The notes below the pieces were generated by a model. It searched no databases and was not told the origin of the DNA. It worked only from the letters and a program-made list of their open reading frames with translations. From Alphaproteobacteria bacterium (GTDB lineage Bacteria > Pseudomonadota > Alphaproteobacteria > UBA828): 64,000 nucleotides of DNA. Positions 9,796 through 19,911 of the stretch are shown here, piece after piece (position 1 is the stretch's first letter; each line of letters starts with the position of its first letter). Position numbers and translations under genes: made by a program. The stretch lies in the NCBI GenBank assembly GCA_965214705.1, contig OZ243972.1, positions 1,376,001-1,440,000 on the forward strand, in the 5' to 3' direction.

Positions 9796-10101
9796 TCAGA
9801 AGGGATCGCGTCCCGATTCCGTCTCCGCCGCCTGAGCCACGGCCTTCGCCGCCTTGCGTCCCGGCAGCTCCCCCTTGTCGAGGAACGCTTTGAGGCTCCT
9901 CTCTCCGATTTCGATTCCCCGCGTCTTCAACACTTCGTGCATCTGCGCCACCGTGACGCCCTTGGACCGTTGCTCGACCATACGGTCTCGCAGACGGTCC
10001 AGGACGTCCTTCAGGCTCAGCTTCGGCGGCGCCAGCTTCGCCAGGTCGCCGTCGATGGCCTCGAAGTCGATGTCCGTCTCGTTGAAGCGCCTCGCCGCCA
10101 T
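9796..10101 (-). CDS. Small oriT-adjacent DNA-binding/mobilisation accessory protein (TraK/StbA-like, tentative)
   Basis: 101 aa, GGAG RBS, HTH-like segment GVTVAQMHEVLKTRGIEIGERSLKAFL; divergent from the relaxase. Confidence 0.6.
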   Translation of the reverse strand: MAARRFNETDIDFEAIDGDLAKLAPPKLSLKDVLDRLRDRMVEQRSKGVTVAQMHEVLKTRGIEIGERSLKAFLDKGELPGRKAAKAVAQAAETESGRDPF

Positions 10102-10289
10102 TGTATCTCCCTCTCTCTTCGACCACTACATCTGGTGTGTCCGCATGATCGGCTGTCGGCCCCACCGTGTCAACGACGAGCCCTTATCGGGCTCGTATGG
10201 CGCCCGACTCGTCGTTCGGTCACCGCGATCCTGCTTTGGAATCCCCGTCTGACATGGTATCCTCGCTCGTAATGGCTAACTACGAGATA

Positions 10290-10322
10290 AGCCACTCTTC
10301 ACACCTATGCACTACAGTGCCA
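10290..10322 (-). promoter_or_regulatory. Putative oriT nic site (MOBF type)
   Basis: Minus strand reads GTGCATAGGTGT^GAAG, resembling IncN/F-type nic (TGCGTTAGGTGT^; TGCGTGGGGTGT^); lies upstream of the relaxase; hairpin ACGAGCCC/GGGCTCGT near 10176-10196. Confidence 0.6.
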
Positions 10323-10486
10323 GTTGCCGAGAAGAAAGGCCGATGATACAGTCGACGGCTGATGGATGTCACGAGTCTATTGGGTAACGATCTGAAGCCG
10401 ATGGCGACTCCCTCATTCGCTCTTGCGGCTGCGGCGCTGCGTGCAAGCACGGTCGCCGCGTATCTGCCGGGCAGGGACACCGCAAC

Positions 10487-13400
10487 ATGGTAGCCACCCT
10501 CGCCCAGGCCGCCTCGGCCTCGTACTACCTGGAGAGCCAGCGCTCGTTCCGACACCCTAACGAGTACTACACGGCAGGCGAGGAGCCGGACGGGGTGTGG
10601 TTCAATCCCAAGGGCCTACTCGGCCTTGAGAACGGAGGCAAGGTCGACAGCGGCGACTTCCAGCGGCTCTACAATGGCTTCGCGCCGGACGGCTCCAGCA
10701 GGCTCACCAAGAACGCGGGCAGCGAGACGCGCTCGCCGGGCGTGGACATGACCTTCTCGGCCGACAAGAGTGTGTCCACGCTCTGGGCCCTCGCCGATCC
10801 GGCCCTGCGTGGTGAGATCGAGCAGGCTCACAACACCGCCGCCCGGGTGGCCCTGGAAGAGACCGTGTTCCGCTACTGCGCGTATACGCGGATCCGGGAC
10901 AGGGAGGGGCGTATCAGGGTTCTGCCTGCCGATATCTCCGTGGCGATGTTCCAGCACGGCACCAGCCGTGAGAACGACCCGCAGCTTCATACCCACTGCG
11001 TGATCTTCAACGCGGCTCGCACGCACGAGGACGGCAAGTGGCGGGCCATGCACCAGTACCCGGTCTACAGCTGGGCCAAGGCTGCGGGCGCCGTCTACCG
11101 CAATGCCCTGGCCTGGAACCTGCGCGAGCGCCTCGGCATTCGCATGGAGCAGTACGGTCCCAATGCCGGGTTCACCCGCATCCAGGGCATGCCGGAGGAC
11201 CTGCAGGTCTTCTGGTCGAAGCGGCGGAAGGCGATCGTCGCCAAGGCCAGAGAGCTGGGCATTCCCTCGCTCGGCAACGCCTCGCGCATGGCCGGCGTCA
11301 ACAAGCTGACGCGGGCCGGCAAATCCCATGACAACGACCCGGAGGTACGTCACCGGCGCTGGATGGGTGAGGCGGAGGGTTTCGTCGAGCGCGAGGCGCT
11401 GATCGCCTCGGTGACCGGGCACGAAGTGAAGATCGATCAAGAGGCGATCCGGGAGCTGACGGACCGCCTCGACGATCTACCCGCTCACCTGGCTCGGGAA
11501 GAGGCCGTGTTCCGCCGTCCCGACATGGTGGAAGCGGCCGCGAATGCGGCGGCAGGCCTGATCGGCCCCGAAGCGCTGAAGACCTCCATCGAGCGGCTTC
11601 GCCGCAACCCCGAGATCGAGCGGCTGGAGCCGAAGAAGCCGACGGCAGAATCCCTCGCCGGCATGGTGCACACCGAGGTCTATTCCACCCGGCACAACCT
11701 CGGGCTCGAACAGGCCGTGAAGGACATGACGGCGGCCATGGCGACCGATACCGGCCACGGCCTGCCGGAAGAGGCGGTGAAGGAGAAGGTGGACGCACTG
11801 TTGGAGCAGGGATATCCGCTGAGCCAGGAGCAGTCGCTGGCCATCCGTCATGCCACCGTGAAGGGCGGCCGCGTGGTGGTGATCGAGGGTGCGGCGGGCT
11901 CGGGCAAGACCACCACGCTTCGTCCCATCACCGACCTCCACAAGGAGCGCGGCTACGAGATCGTGCCGACTGCAGTCGCCTGGCGCACTGCGGTGGCGCT
12001 CGGCGACGACTGTCACGCCAGGGCCTACTGCGTGGACAAGCTTCTCAAGCTCGCCGCCAAGGAGCAGGTCGAAATTGGCCCCAGAACCCTGATCGTGGTG
12101 GACGAGGCGGGGATGCTGTCCACCCGCCAGGCCCATCACATCCTGCAGCTCTCCGAGCGCCACGGCGCGAAGGTGGTGTTCGCCGGCGACACCCGCCAGC
12201 AGCAGCCGGTGGAGGCCGGCCCTGGGCTGCGGCTGATCCGCGACGTCGCCGGCAGCGTCCGCGTCGACCGCATCAGGCGCCAGAAGGCGGACCTCGAGGA
12301 CGTGCTGGTCCATGTCCACAAGGAGACGCCGGAGCAGGCGCGCTTCAGGGCCGGGCTGACCAATCGGCAGGAGCGCGACGCAATCCTTGCTGAGTACGAA
12401 GCACTGGAGAAGAAGCCCCTGTTCACGCCGTGGCAGCTGGCGGTCTCGGAGGCGCTCAGGGACGGCGAAGCCGAGAAAGCCATCGAGGCGTGGCATGTGC
12501 GCAACCGGATTCATCTCTGCCACGACGAGGAGAAGACGCTCACGAAGCTGGTGGACGACTGGGAGCGCCACGTGCGCGCACAGCCCGGCACGTCCACCGT
12601 CGTGCTCTCGCGCACGAAGGCGGAGGGCCGGGCGTTGTCGTGGCTGATGCGTCAGCGCATTCTCGCGCGGACCCCCGACGCGAAGCGCGCGGTCATCGAG
12701 GTGAGCCGGGACCTGGACGGGCGCCTGACGGAGCCGCTGGAGATCGCGGTGGGCGACCGCATCCGCATCGGCGCCACGCAGTGGGAGAAGCAGCTCTTCA
12801 ACGGCACCGTGGTCACGGTCGAGGACCTCGAAGTCAGGCCCGCAGAAGCTGCGGCGGTGTCGCGCAAGGCCCAGAACCGGCTAGCCGGCGGAGCCGCCGG
12901 GCGCACGGCGGAGCCGGACAGCGGCGCTCCCGAGCCGGAGTACTCCGTCCACATTACCGCGCGCACCGACGATGGGCGGCGCGTCACGTTCCGCCACGAC
13001 GAGATCCGCGACTGGCACGACAACATCCGCCTCGACTACGGCTACGCCATGACCATCGCCTCGGCCCAGGGGTTGACCGTGGACAGGGCGTTCCTCCTGG
13101 TGGACGACCGGCCGGCGCGCGAGACGATCTATCCGGCCGCCACACGGCACCGCGAGGCGCTCGACATCTACGTAAACCGGGCGCCGCTCGCCTTCGACAT
13201 CGCCGAGCACCGGCCGGAGGACGAGGCGGAGCGGCCCGTCCTCGACAGCGACGTCCGGGCGTATCTCGCCGAGCGCTGGTCGCGCTCGCAGCCCAAGGCG
13301 GCGGCTCTCGACTACGTCTCCGGTGGCATGTGGCGGGATGCGCGGGAGGACGCGCAGCATCACGAGCGCGATGCCGGAGACACGCGGCAAGGGACGGCCG

Positions 13401-14596
13401 AGTATCGTGGGCCGGCCAACGACAACGCGCTGATCCGCATCGCCCAGGAGATTCGGCACGCGGTCAACGGCTGGCGACACGGCACGGCAGTAGACGCGTT
13501 TGCGGCCGAGCGCAGCGAGGTTCTGGCGGCCTGGGACCGGCTGCGCGAGCAGGCGCGCGACGAGGGCGACGCGGTGGCGCTGAGCCCGGCCTTCCGCAAG
13601 ACCCTGGGCAGGCACGGCGCCCTGATGAAGCAGGCCGCCTCATTCAGGGCCCGGCCGCGCATATTCGAACGGTTGCTGGCGGAGCGCGCCGGGATCGGTC
13701 AGGGGGAGCTGGAGGAATTGCGCGAGGTGCATGCCCGCGCTCGCAAGTACCTGCGCTCGGTCAGCGCCAGGACGACTTCCGCCACCCGGCAAGCCGCGCA
13801 GCCCGAGGAAGCAAGAACCGGGATCGTTGCGGCGGATGCCCCGGCTCACGTCCCCGAGTCAACCGTCGACGAGCACGCAAAGGTACAGCCGAGCCAGCCG
13901 GCCGCTCCCGATCCCAGGCACGACACCGAACCCACCTGGGAGACCCTATACGACCGGCTGGAGCGCGACTGGAACGAACATGTCACCGTCGCCAACCGGG
14001 CCGGACTGCCGCTCCCGCTCGTGCGCGGGTACGACGAACTGATCGGCCGCGTGCAGGACCTCGCCGAACATCCGCGACTCCCCTCGACGGAGCGGGAGGA
14101 ACTGACAGGACTACTCGACTACCACCGCACGGAGACGGCCGCCCGCAGTGCCGTCCATGACTACGTCGCAGCGGCGGAGCGCCATGTGAAGGCCTTTGAG
14201 CCCCTCCAGCGCGATGCGGAAAGCCAGGGCGTACACGTTTCCGAGGTCGCCGGTTGGCCCGAGTGGCGCCACGAAGCGCAGCGTCTGGCAGAGGCCGGCA
14301 GAGCGATCCTTGCAGACGAGGGCACCTACGGTGCCTATCTTGACGCCCTTGCCGCCGGAAAGCCACGCGCTAGGCTTACGGTCGACCAGTTGCGCACCCG
14401 CATCGAGGACGGACGCGTCAAGGCAGCCAAGCCGGAGATACCCGAACCCCGCCGCGATTCCGCGGCCAAGCAGCAGGAGGGTATCGCGTATGTCCTTGAA
14501 GACCCCGCGAAGCTCAAGGAGCTCAGGGAGCAGCTCAAGAGGCGGGAGCGCCAAGTCGGTAGGCAACACAAGAGAAGCCGGGGCCTCAGCATCTGA
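10487..14596 (+). CDS. MOBF relaxase-helicase (TrwC/TraI/TraA-like)
   Basis: N-terminal YY...YY, DMTFSADKSVS, HGTSRENDPQLHTH (3H motif), Walker A GAAGSGKTT, VVDEAGM, YAMTIASAQGLTVD. Confidence 0.95.
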   Translation: MVATLAQAASASYYLESQRSFRHPNEYYTAGEEPDGVWFNPKGLLGLENGGKVDSGDFQRLYNGFAPDGSSRLTKNAGSETRSPGVDMTFSADKSVSTLWALADPALRGEIEQAHNTAARVALEETVFRYCAYTRIRDREGRIRVLPADISVAMFQHGTSRENDPQLHTHCVIFNAARTHEDGKWRAMHQYPVYSWAKAAGAVYRNALAWNLRERLGIRMEQYGPNAGFTRIQGMPEDLQVFWSKRRKAIVAKARELGIPSLGNASRMAGVNKLTRAGKSHDNDPEVRHRRWMGEAEGFVEREALIASVTGHEVKIDQEAIRELTDRLDDLPAHLAREEAVFRRPDMVEAAANAAAGLIGPEALKTSIERLRRNPEIERLEPKKPTAESLAGMVHTEVYSTRHNLGLEQAVKDMTAAMATDTGHGLPEEAVKEKVDALLEQGYPLSQEQSLAIRHATVKGGRVVVIEGAAGSGKTTTLRPITDLHKERGYEIVPTAVAWRTAVALGDDCHARAYCVDKLLKLAAKEQVEIGPRTLIVVDEAGMLSTRQAHHILQLSERHGAKVVFAGDTRQQQPVEAGPGLRLIRDVAGSVRVDRIRRQKADLEDVLVHVHKETPEQARFRAGLTNRQERDAILAEYEALEKKPLFTPWQLAVSEALRDGEAEKAIEAWHVRNRIHLCHDEEKTLTKLVDDWERHVRAQPGTSTVVLSRTKAEGRALSWLMRQRILARTPDAKRAVIEVSRDLDGRLTEPLEIAVGDRIRIGATQWEKQLFNGTVVTVEDLEVRPAEAAAVSRKAQNRLAGGAAGRTAEPDSGAPEPEYSVHITARTDDGRRVTFRHDEIRDWHDNIRLDYGYAMTIASAQGLTVDRAFLLVDDRPARETIYPAATRHREALDIYVNRAPLAFDIAEHRPEDEAERPVLDSDVRAYLAERWSRSQPKAAALDYVSGGMWRDAREDAQHHERDAGDTRQGTAEYRGPANDNALIRIAQEIRHAVNGWRHGTAVDAFAAERSEVLAAWDRLREQARDEGDAVALSPAFRKTLGRHGALMKQAASFRARPRIFERLLAERAGIGQGELEELREVHARARKYLRSVSARTTSATRQAAQPEEARTGIVAADAPAHVPESTVDEHAKVQPSQPAAPDPRHDTEPTWETLYDRLERDWNEHVTVANRAGLPLPLVRGYDELIGRVQDLAEHPRLPSTEREELTGLLDYHRTETAARSAVHDYVAAAERHVKAFEPLQRDAESQGVHVSEVAGWPEWRHEAQRLAEAGRAILADEGTYGAYLDALAAGKPRARLTVDQLRTRIEDGRVKAAKPEIPEPRRDSAAKQQEGIAYVLEDPAKLKELREQLKRRERQVGRQHKRSRGLSI

Positions 14597-14897
14597 GTCT
14601 CGACGTCGCCCCGATTCCGATTGATGGGGCACCACGAGCGAACCCGCGTTGCCCAGCGACCAAAACAGATGCCGTAATGGGGCACGGCATCAACCTGCAC
14701 CGTTGGAGCCTGTACCGATGGCGGCGAATCGGGGTGTCGTTGCCCTTACACGCTGAGCGTGTCCACGGGGTCTTGCCGAAAGGCGCGCCCCAATCCCTCG
14801 AAAGGAAAGGGCAACGATGGAGTGGACGCCCCCTCCCGACGGCATCGAATCGTGCCAAGGTGGTGTCGTGTTGAACCACCTGAGGAAGGAGGCGTCC

Positions 14898-15827
14898 ATG
14901 GAGAAAGTTACCATCATCGGGATCGACTTGGCGAAGAACAGCTTTCAGCTGCACGGGGCGCGGGATGATGGCTCCGTCGCATTCCGGAAGAAGCTAAGCC
15001 GCGGAAAGTTGCTCGACTTCCTCGCCGGCCAACAATGCTGTGTGGTCGCCATGGAGGCCTGCGCGAGCGCGCACTATTGGGGTCGCGAGGCCCAAGCGCT
15101 TGGACACGAAGTCAAGTTGGTCCCGCCGATCTACGTGAAGCCGTTCGTGAAGCGGCATAAGAACGATATGGCTGACGCGGAGGCGACCACCGAAGCGGCG
15201 CAGCGCCCAACCATGAGATTTGTGGCCGTGAAGACGGAAGAGCAGCAGGCCATGGGGATGCTGTTCCGCACACGCGATCTCCTGGTACGCCAGCGCACGC
15301 AAACGATCAATGCTCTGCGGGGTCACTTGGCGGAGTTCGGCGTCATCGCTCCGCAGGGGCCGGCTCATGTCAGTCGGTTGGAAGCAGCACTCATGGATCC
15401 GGGCTCGGGGCTACCGGAGGGGGTTCGTGAACTGGGTGGCCTTCTGCTGGAGCAGATCGCGGGCCTCAACTTGAAGATCGTCGGTTTGGAGAAGGAGCTC
15501 CGCGCCTGCGCGCGCCAGGACGAAGAAGCTTCGCGACTGATGACGATACCAGGCGTCGGGCCGATCACCGCAATGGCGGTTCAAGCATTCGCGCCTCCGA
15601 TGGAGAGCTTCCGTCGCGGGCGCGACTTCGCCGCGTGGCTCGGGCTCGTTCCAAGGCAGCACACGACCGGCGGCAAGCCGAGGCTGGGCAAGATATCCAA
15701 GATGGGCCAACGTGATCTCAGACGGCTCTTGGTCGTGGGTGCCATGGCGGAGATCGCTTGGGTAGTTCGTCGCGGCACCACAAAGGATCCGTGGTTGCTC
15801 AGTATGATGGAGCGCAAACCGCGCAAG
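14898..15827 (+). pseudogene. IS1111-A transposase/recombinase, N-terminal 310 codons
   Basis: GIDLAK, MEAC, KNDMADA, IPGVG, GLVPRQHTTGG; the frame breaks at ...ERKPRK. Confidence 0.92.
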
Positions 15828-15830
15828 GTT

Positions 15831-15872
15831 AAGGGTTGGGCAGGCTCTCTCTCGAGAGCCTGCCCAACCCTT
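15831..15872. repeat. Perfect 19-bp-stem hairpin at the oriIS end
   Basis: AAGGGTTGGGCAGGCTCTC-TCTC-GAGAGCCTGCCCAACCCTT. Confidence 0.95.
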
Positions 15873-16134
15873 TTGAACGAAGCCGCGGGCCACGAGAGGC
15901 GAAGTTGAGCTATGTGGAAAGTGCGCTGATGTCAGCGTCAGGCGGCATCCACCGGCAGCAGAGTTGCGCATGAGATCGACGCTCGCGCCGGCCTTTCGGC
16001 AGGCATGCGGGCGCACGCTGCGAGGACTGAGCGGGATGTGAGCCGAGGGCTGTCAGCCCGGCCCAAGCGGAGACAGGTTCGGTCGTGCGTCGGCGCTTTG
16101 GCGCCGTTGCGCGGGGCCGAAGCGAGCGGGCGTC

Positions 16135-17187
16135 TCACGGTTTCCCCCTGTGGGTCGGCGGCACGGCCGGCGGACCGCGCGTCGAGCGGGGCTCATGGCG
16201 GCGGCGGATTTCGCGGACGAGGCGCATGACGCCGCCGCAGTGGGGGCAGGCCACGGGCGCGGTGCCGATCTCGGGCTCTTCGTCGGGCTCGGCCTGAGCG
16301 CCGTCCACGCTTCCCTCGGGGGCGGCGCAGCCGAGGGCGCCGAGAGCCTGGCGTGCTCTCTCCAGCGTGCTGGCGCGGCAGCCGTTGGCGAGAATGCCGA
16401 AGTAGCGGATGCGGTGCATGCCGTCCGGCAGGACGTGCATCAGGAAGCGGCGGATGAACTCGTCTGCGCTCACGGTGGCGATGCCGTAGCGCGGCTTTCT
16501 CTGCCCCGGCGCCTTCGGCTTGCGGTGGCGGAAGGAGACCGTCTCGCCGTCGAAGGAGACGATGCGGCTGTCGGAGATGGCGATTCTGTGAGTGTAGTGC
16601 GACAGGTACCGGAAGACCTGCTCAGGCCCGCGGAAGGGCCGCTTGGCGTAGACCACCCAGTCCCTGGCCCGGGCGGCGGCAAGCGTGGCGTGGAACTCGC
16701 CGGGATTGGCGAGGTGGGCGACGGTGCCGTGGAACTCCAGGTCCCCCCGGCCGTGGGCGCGGGCGAGCTCCTTGAGGAAGAGGCGGCGGAACAGGCTGCC
16801 GAGGACCTTGACGGGGGCGAGGAAGGTGGTGCTCCCCGTCTTCCACTCGCCGCTGTCTACGTCGAAGCCCGCGTTGGGCACGACCACGTGCAGGTGCGGG
16901 TGGAAGCGGAGCTTCTGATCCCAGGTATGGAGGACCGCGGTGCCGCCGATGCGCATGCCACCGTGGTGGGGATCGGCGGCGATGGTGCGCAGGGTCTCGG
17001 CGACGGCCCGGAAGAGGATGTCGAACACCACCCTTCGGTTGCAGAAGGCAATGGCGGCGACCTCCTTGGGCAGGGTGAAGACCACATGGAAGTAGGGCAC
17101 CGGCAGGATGTCCCCGGCGCGGGCCTCGCTCCAGAGGTTGGCGGCGAGACCCTGGCAGGTCGGGCAGTGGCGGTTGCGGCAGGAGTT
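16135..17187 (-). pseudogene. IS91-family (Y2 HUH) transposase, C-terminal part
   Basis: NSCRNRHCPTCQ, YFHVVFTLP, LHTW...HPHLH (HUH), YLSHY (YxxxY), RIRYFG, CPHC. Confidence 0.92.
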
Positions 17188-17199
17188 CTTATGAGCTCT

Positions 17200-17532
17200 C
17201 TCCGCAAGGCCCGGCTTCATCTACGTCAATGGCATTCGCAATCTCTCCACTCGAATCCGCGGCCGATGTCCAGGCAGAACGTCGTTTCCACGCAGCGATC
17301 CGCCACGCTGCTCAGCTCTTATCCGGTTCGGAACTCCGGCGCTTGCCGGCTCCGTGACCCCAATACCGCATCCAGGCGGTGGTGACGTTCCGGGAGGCGG
17401 GACCCATCTGTAGAACGGTGCCAAGCGGCGACCCAACTCTTGCCCGGTCACACGCCTTGCCCGGCATCCTCCGCGGCCGCGTCCGACCACGTCGGAACCT
17501 CCTGTATTTTCCCGTTCGTTCGGCCGGTGCCC
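17200..17532 (-). ncRNA. Putative bridge/seek RNA of IS1111-B (boundaries approximate)
   Basis: Non-coding region downstream of tnp containing segments that match both target arms and both donor-junction arms, separated by hairpins. Confidence 0.75.
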
Positions 17533-18729
17533 TCAGGAGACGATGGCGCCCTCAGGCACCAGTCCTTGGGTGGCATAGCGCCACAGCGCGATCAGCAGCT
17601 TGCGCGCGACCCCCACGATCGCCCGCTTCCTCGCTCGCCGGTCCCTCCCGCCACCGGCATCCCTGGCGACGTAGGCGTGGAACCACTTCGTGATCGCGCT
17701 TTCCGGTTGCAGCTTCAGCCAGCGCCAAGCCATCTGGATCATGTGCTTCCTGACATGCGAGGGGCCGGCCTTGCTGATGCCAAGATCGTGGTCGACATCT
17801 CCGCTCGCCCACGGCACCGACGTCAACCCGGCCCAGCTGCCCAACTCCCGGCGATTGCGGAAGTCCCGATAGAACACCTCGCCAGCCAGCAGTGTGGCGT
17901 CATTGAGGCCGATGCCATGGATGCGCGTAAGCGCCGCGATCATCGCCGTCCCGTCACGATTGGTCGCGTCCTGGGCTTTCCGGCCAGCCTTCAGCAGGGC
18001 CCTCTTCTCGGCCTCGATCATCTCGATATGCTCCTCAACCAGGCGAAGCATCCCCACCGCCCTCTCAATCTCTGCCCGCGCACGCGGCGGCAACGGCGCC
18101 CCATAGCCCGTCCGCGCGGTCGCGAGGCGTTCGAGGAAGTCCGGCTTGCGCGGCGCCAGATCGAAGATGCCGTGCAACTGCAAGAGCCCTTTGATCCGGT
18201 TGTTGACGCGGGTACGCTCGCTGATCAGCGTGTCCCTCTCGCGCAGCAGGCGCTTGGCATCCTCCTGGTCCACATCGGGCACGCGCACCCAGGACATGGC
18301 CTCCGAATCGCCTTGGTCCCATGCCTTCAGAGCCCGAACCATCCTCCTCGCGTCGATACGGTCGGTCTTTTTCTTCTTGGCGCGCCGGTTCACCCGCAGG
18401 CTCGCCGGATCGTTCATGAAGATATCGATCTCCGCGTCACGGCGCTCGATATCGCGGGCAAGCCAGAACCCCTCGTAGCCCGCCTCGTAGGTCAGCATCA
18501 CCCGAGGACGGGCGCCGAGCTCCCTCGCCACCCGTTCCCGCACCGACCCGACGAGATCCAACAGTCCCGCCGTGTCGGCAGCAGCCAGTGTGTGGATGCT
18601 GATGCTGCCACCCGAGGCATCCGGGCAATGCACGCCAACGATCCACGATTTGAGGCTGATCTCCACCGCGACATAAATCGTGCTACTACTTGCGCCTGTC
18701 AGCGCGGTCGTGTCTGGACCATCCGACAT
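17533..18729 (-). CDS. IS110-family transposase/recombinase (IS1111-B)
   Basis: VAVEIS..W, YEAGYEGFWL, KTDRIDA, IHGIG, PWASG (catalytic Ser), ISKAG, VARKLLIALW. Confidence 0.92.
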   Translation of the reverse strand: MSDGPDTTALTGASSSTIYVAVEISLKSWIVGVHCPDASGGSISIHTLAAADTAGLLDLVGSVRERVARELGARPRVMLTYEAGYEGFWLARDIERRDAEIDIFMNDPASLRVNRRAKKKKTDRIDARRMVRALKAWDQGDSEAMSWVRVPDVDQEDAKRLLRERDTLISERTRVNNRIKGLLQLHGIFDLAPRKPDFLERLATARTGYGAPLPPRARAEIERAVGMLRLVEEHIEMIEAEKRALLKAGRKAQDATNRDGTAMIAALTRIHGIGLNDATLLAGEVFYRDFRNRRELGSWAGLTSVPWASGDVDHDLGISKAGPSHVRKHMIQMAWRWLKLQPESAITKWFHAYVARDAGGGRDRRARKRAIVGVARKLLIALWRYATQGLVPEGAIVS

Positions 18730-18837
18730 CCGTCCACTCCGTTGTTGACGATTCCGCTCGGAGAGAAGGTGCTGGCCTTCTCTCCGAGCTTGTCTAACCG
18801 CCAGAATCGATTCGGTGCCACCGTGCTCATGGTATCT

Positions 18838-19026
18838 GAAGAGCGGATGCTCGCGCCCGCAGCCCTCGCAGGCGTACATGTGGCCGCCGAGCACGGCGGT
18901 GCGGCACGCCTCGATGGCGCCCATGACCTTGAGCCGGGCGGCGTCGATGCGCCCTTTGTGGCGCTCACGGAAAGCGGCGCCGGCGCGGCGGAGGATCTCC
19001 GCCACGCCCGCGCGTTCGGCCTCCAC
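18838..19026 (-). pseudogene. IS91-family transposase, N-terminal 63 codons
   Basis: VAEILRR...AIEACRTAVLGGH..CEGC (first half of the Zn-binding domain). Confidence 0.9.
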
Positions 19027-19032
19027 GCGCCG

Positions 19033-19911
19033 TCAGTTGCGCAACGCTGCGAAGCCTGAGATCGGGTGGTCGAGGCCCTCGAACATCTTGCCGGTGACGC
19101 GGGCGTAGTGACGGGTCGTGTTCGCGCTTCGATGGCCGAGCATGTCCCGGATCACCTCGATATCGCCGCCGCGCTCGAGGAGATGGGTCGCCGCCGAATG
19201 GCGCAGGCAATGGAAGGTGTAGCTGCGGTCGAGCTCGGCAATGTCGCGCGCCCTCCTGAAGGCGGCCTGCAAGGTCTCCGTTGCGATGGGCCTGTCGAGC
19301 GAGACGCCGTAGAAGAGCCAGCTCGTCGGACGCGGCCAGATGTTCCTGTAGTAGGCGCGCAAGTAGTGGATGACGATGTCCGGCAACGGTGCCATTCTCT
19401 CGGTGCCGCCTTTGCCGGAGGGGATGTGCAGCAGCTTCTTCTCCGACAGGATGTCGCCGACCTTGATGGCCAAGGTCTCGGAGATGCGGAGCCCGCCGCC
19501 ATAGCCGGTGACAATGGCAGCACGGTGGCGGAGGTCGGGCGTCGCAAGGATGAGGTGCTCGACCTCCTGCTCCGACATGTAGCGCGGCAGCTTGCCGGGC
19601 TTCTTGCGGGAGCGCAGGCCGGCGACGTGGTCAGGCCAGCCGAGTGTGTCGATGTAGAGGAAGTTCAGCGCGGCGAAGGAGACGTTGGTCGTGCCCGGAC
19701 TGAGCCCCTTGTCGATCCGCCCCAGGTACCACTGGCGCACCTGCTCGGCGTCGAGCTCGTCCGGCGAGGCGTCGTAGTACCTGGCCAGGTTCTTGATCTC
19801 GCAGATGTAGGCCTTGGACGTGCTCGCGGCCAGATTGGCGATGCGGAGCTGCTCCTCCATGCGCTGGCGAAGAGGGGTGACGGTGTTCGTGTCGCACGCG
19901 GTCCCGGTCAT
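19033..19911 (-). CDS. Tyrosine recombinase (integron-integrase-like N-terminal SAM domain)
   Basis: PLRQRM...; catalytic R (GLRISE), K (GKGG), HCLRH, LGH, Y (TRHYA). Confidence 0.93.
   Translation of the reverse strand: MTGTACDTNTVTPLRQRMEEQLRIANLAASTSKAYICEIKNLARYYDASPDELDAEQVRQWYLGRIDKGLSPGTTNVSFAALNFLYIDTLGWPDHVAGLRSRKKPGKLPRYMSEQEVEHLILATPDLRHRAAIVTGYGGGLRISETLAIKVGDILSEKKLLHIPSGKGGTERMAPLPDIVIHYLRAYYRNIWPRPTSWLFYGVSLDRPIATETLQAAFRRARDIAELDRSYTFHCLRHSAATHLLERGGDIEVIRDMLGHRSANTTRHYARVTGKMFEGLDHPISGFAALRN

Larger units (their letters stand above)
17188..18837 (-). mobile_element. IS110-family, IS1111-group element B (1650 bp), apparently intact
   Basis: Short subterminal IRs ATGAGC/GCTCAT, 7 nt from the left end and 3 nt from the right end; removal restores HPLF|NSCRNRHC in the IS91 transposase. 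Confidence 0.88.

Noticed and set aside
14600-14814. Small GNRA-like hairpins (CCGAAAGG, CCTCGAAAGG) near the IS1111-A target, suggesting an ncRNA
   Set aside because: No recognisable RNA family, and too little structure to support without covariation data
17533-19026. 497-aa ORF read as a single novel zinc-finger-IS110 protein
   Set aside because: It is an insertion junction between IS91 tnp and IS1111-B; kept only as a possible chimera
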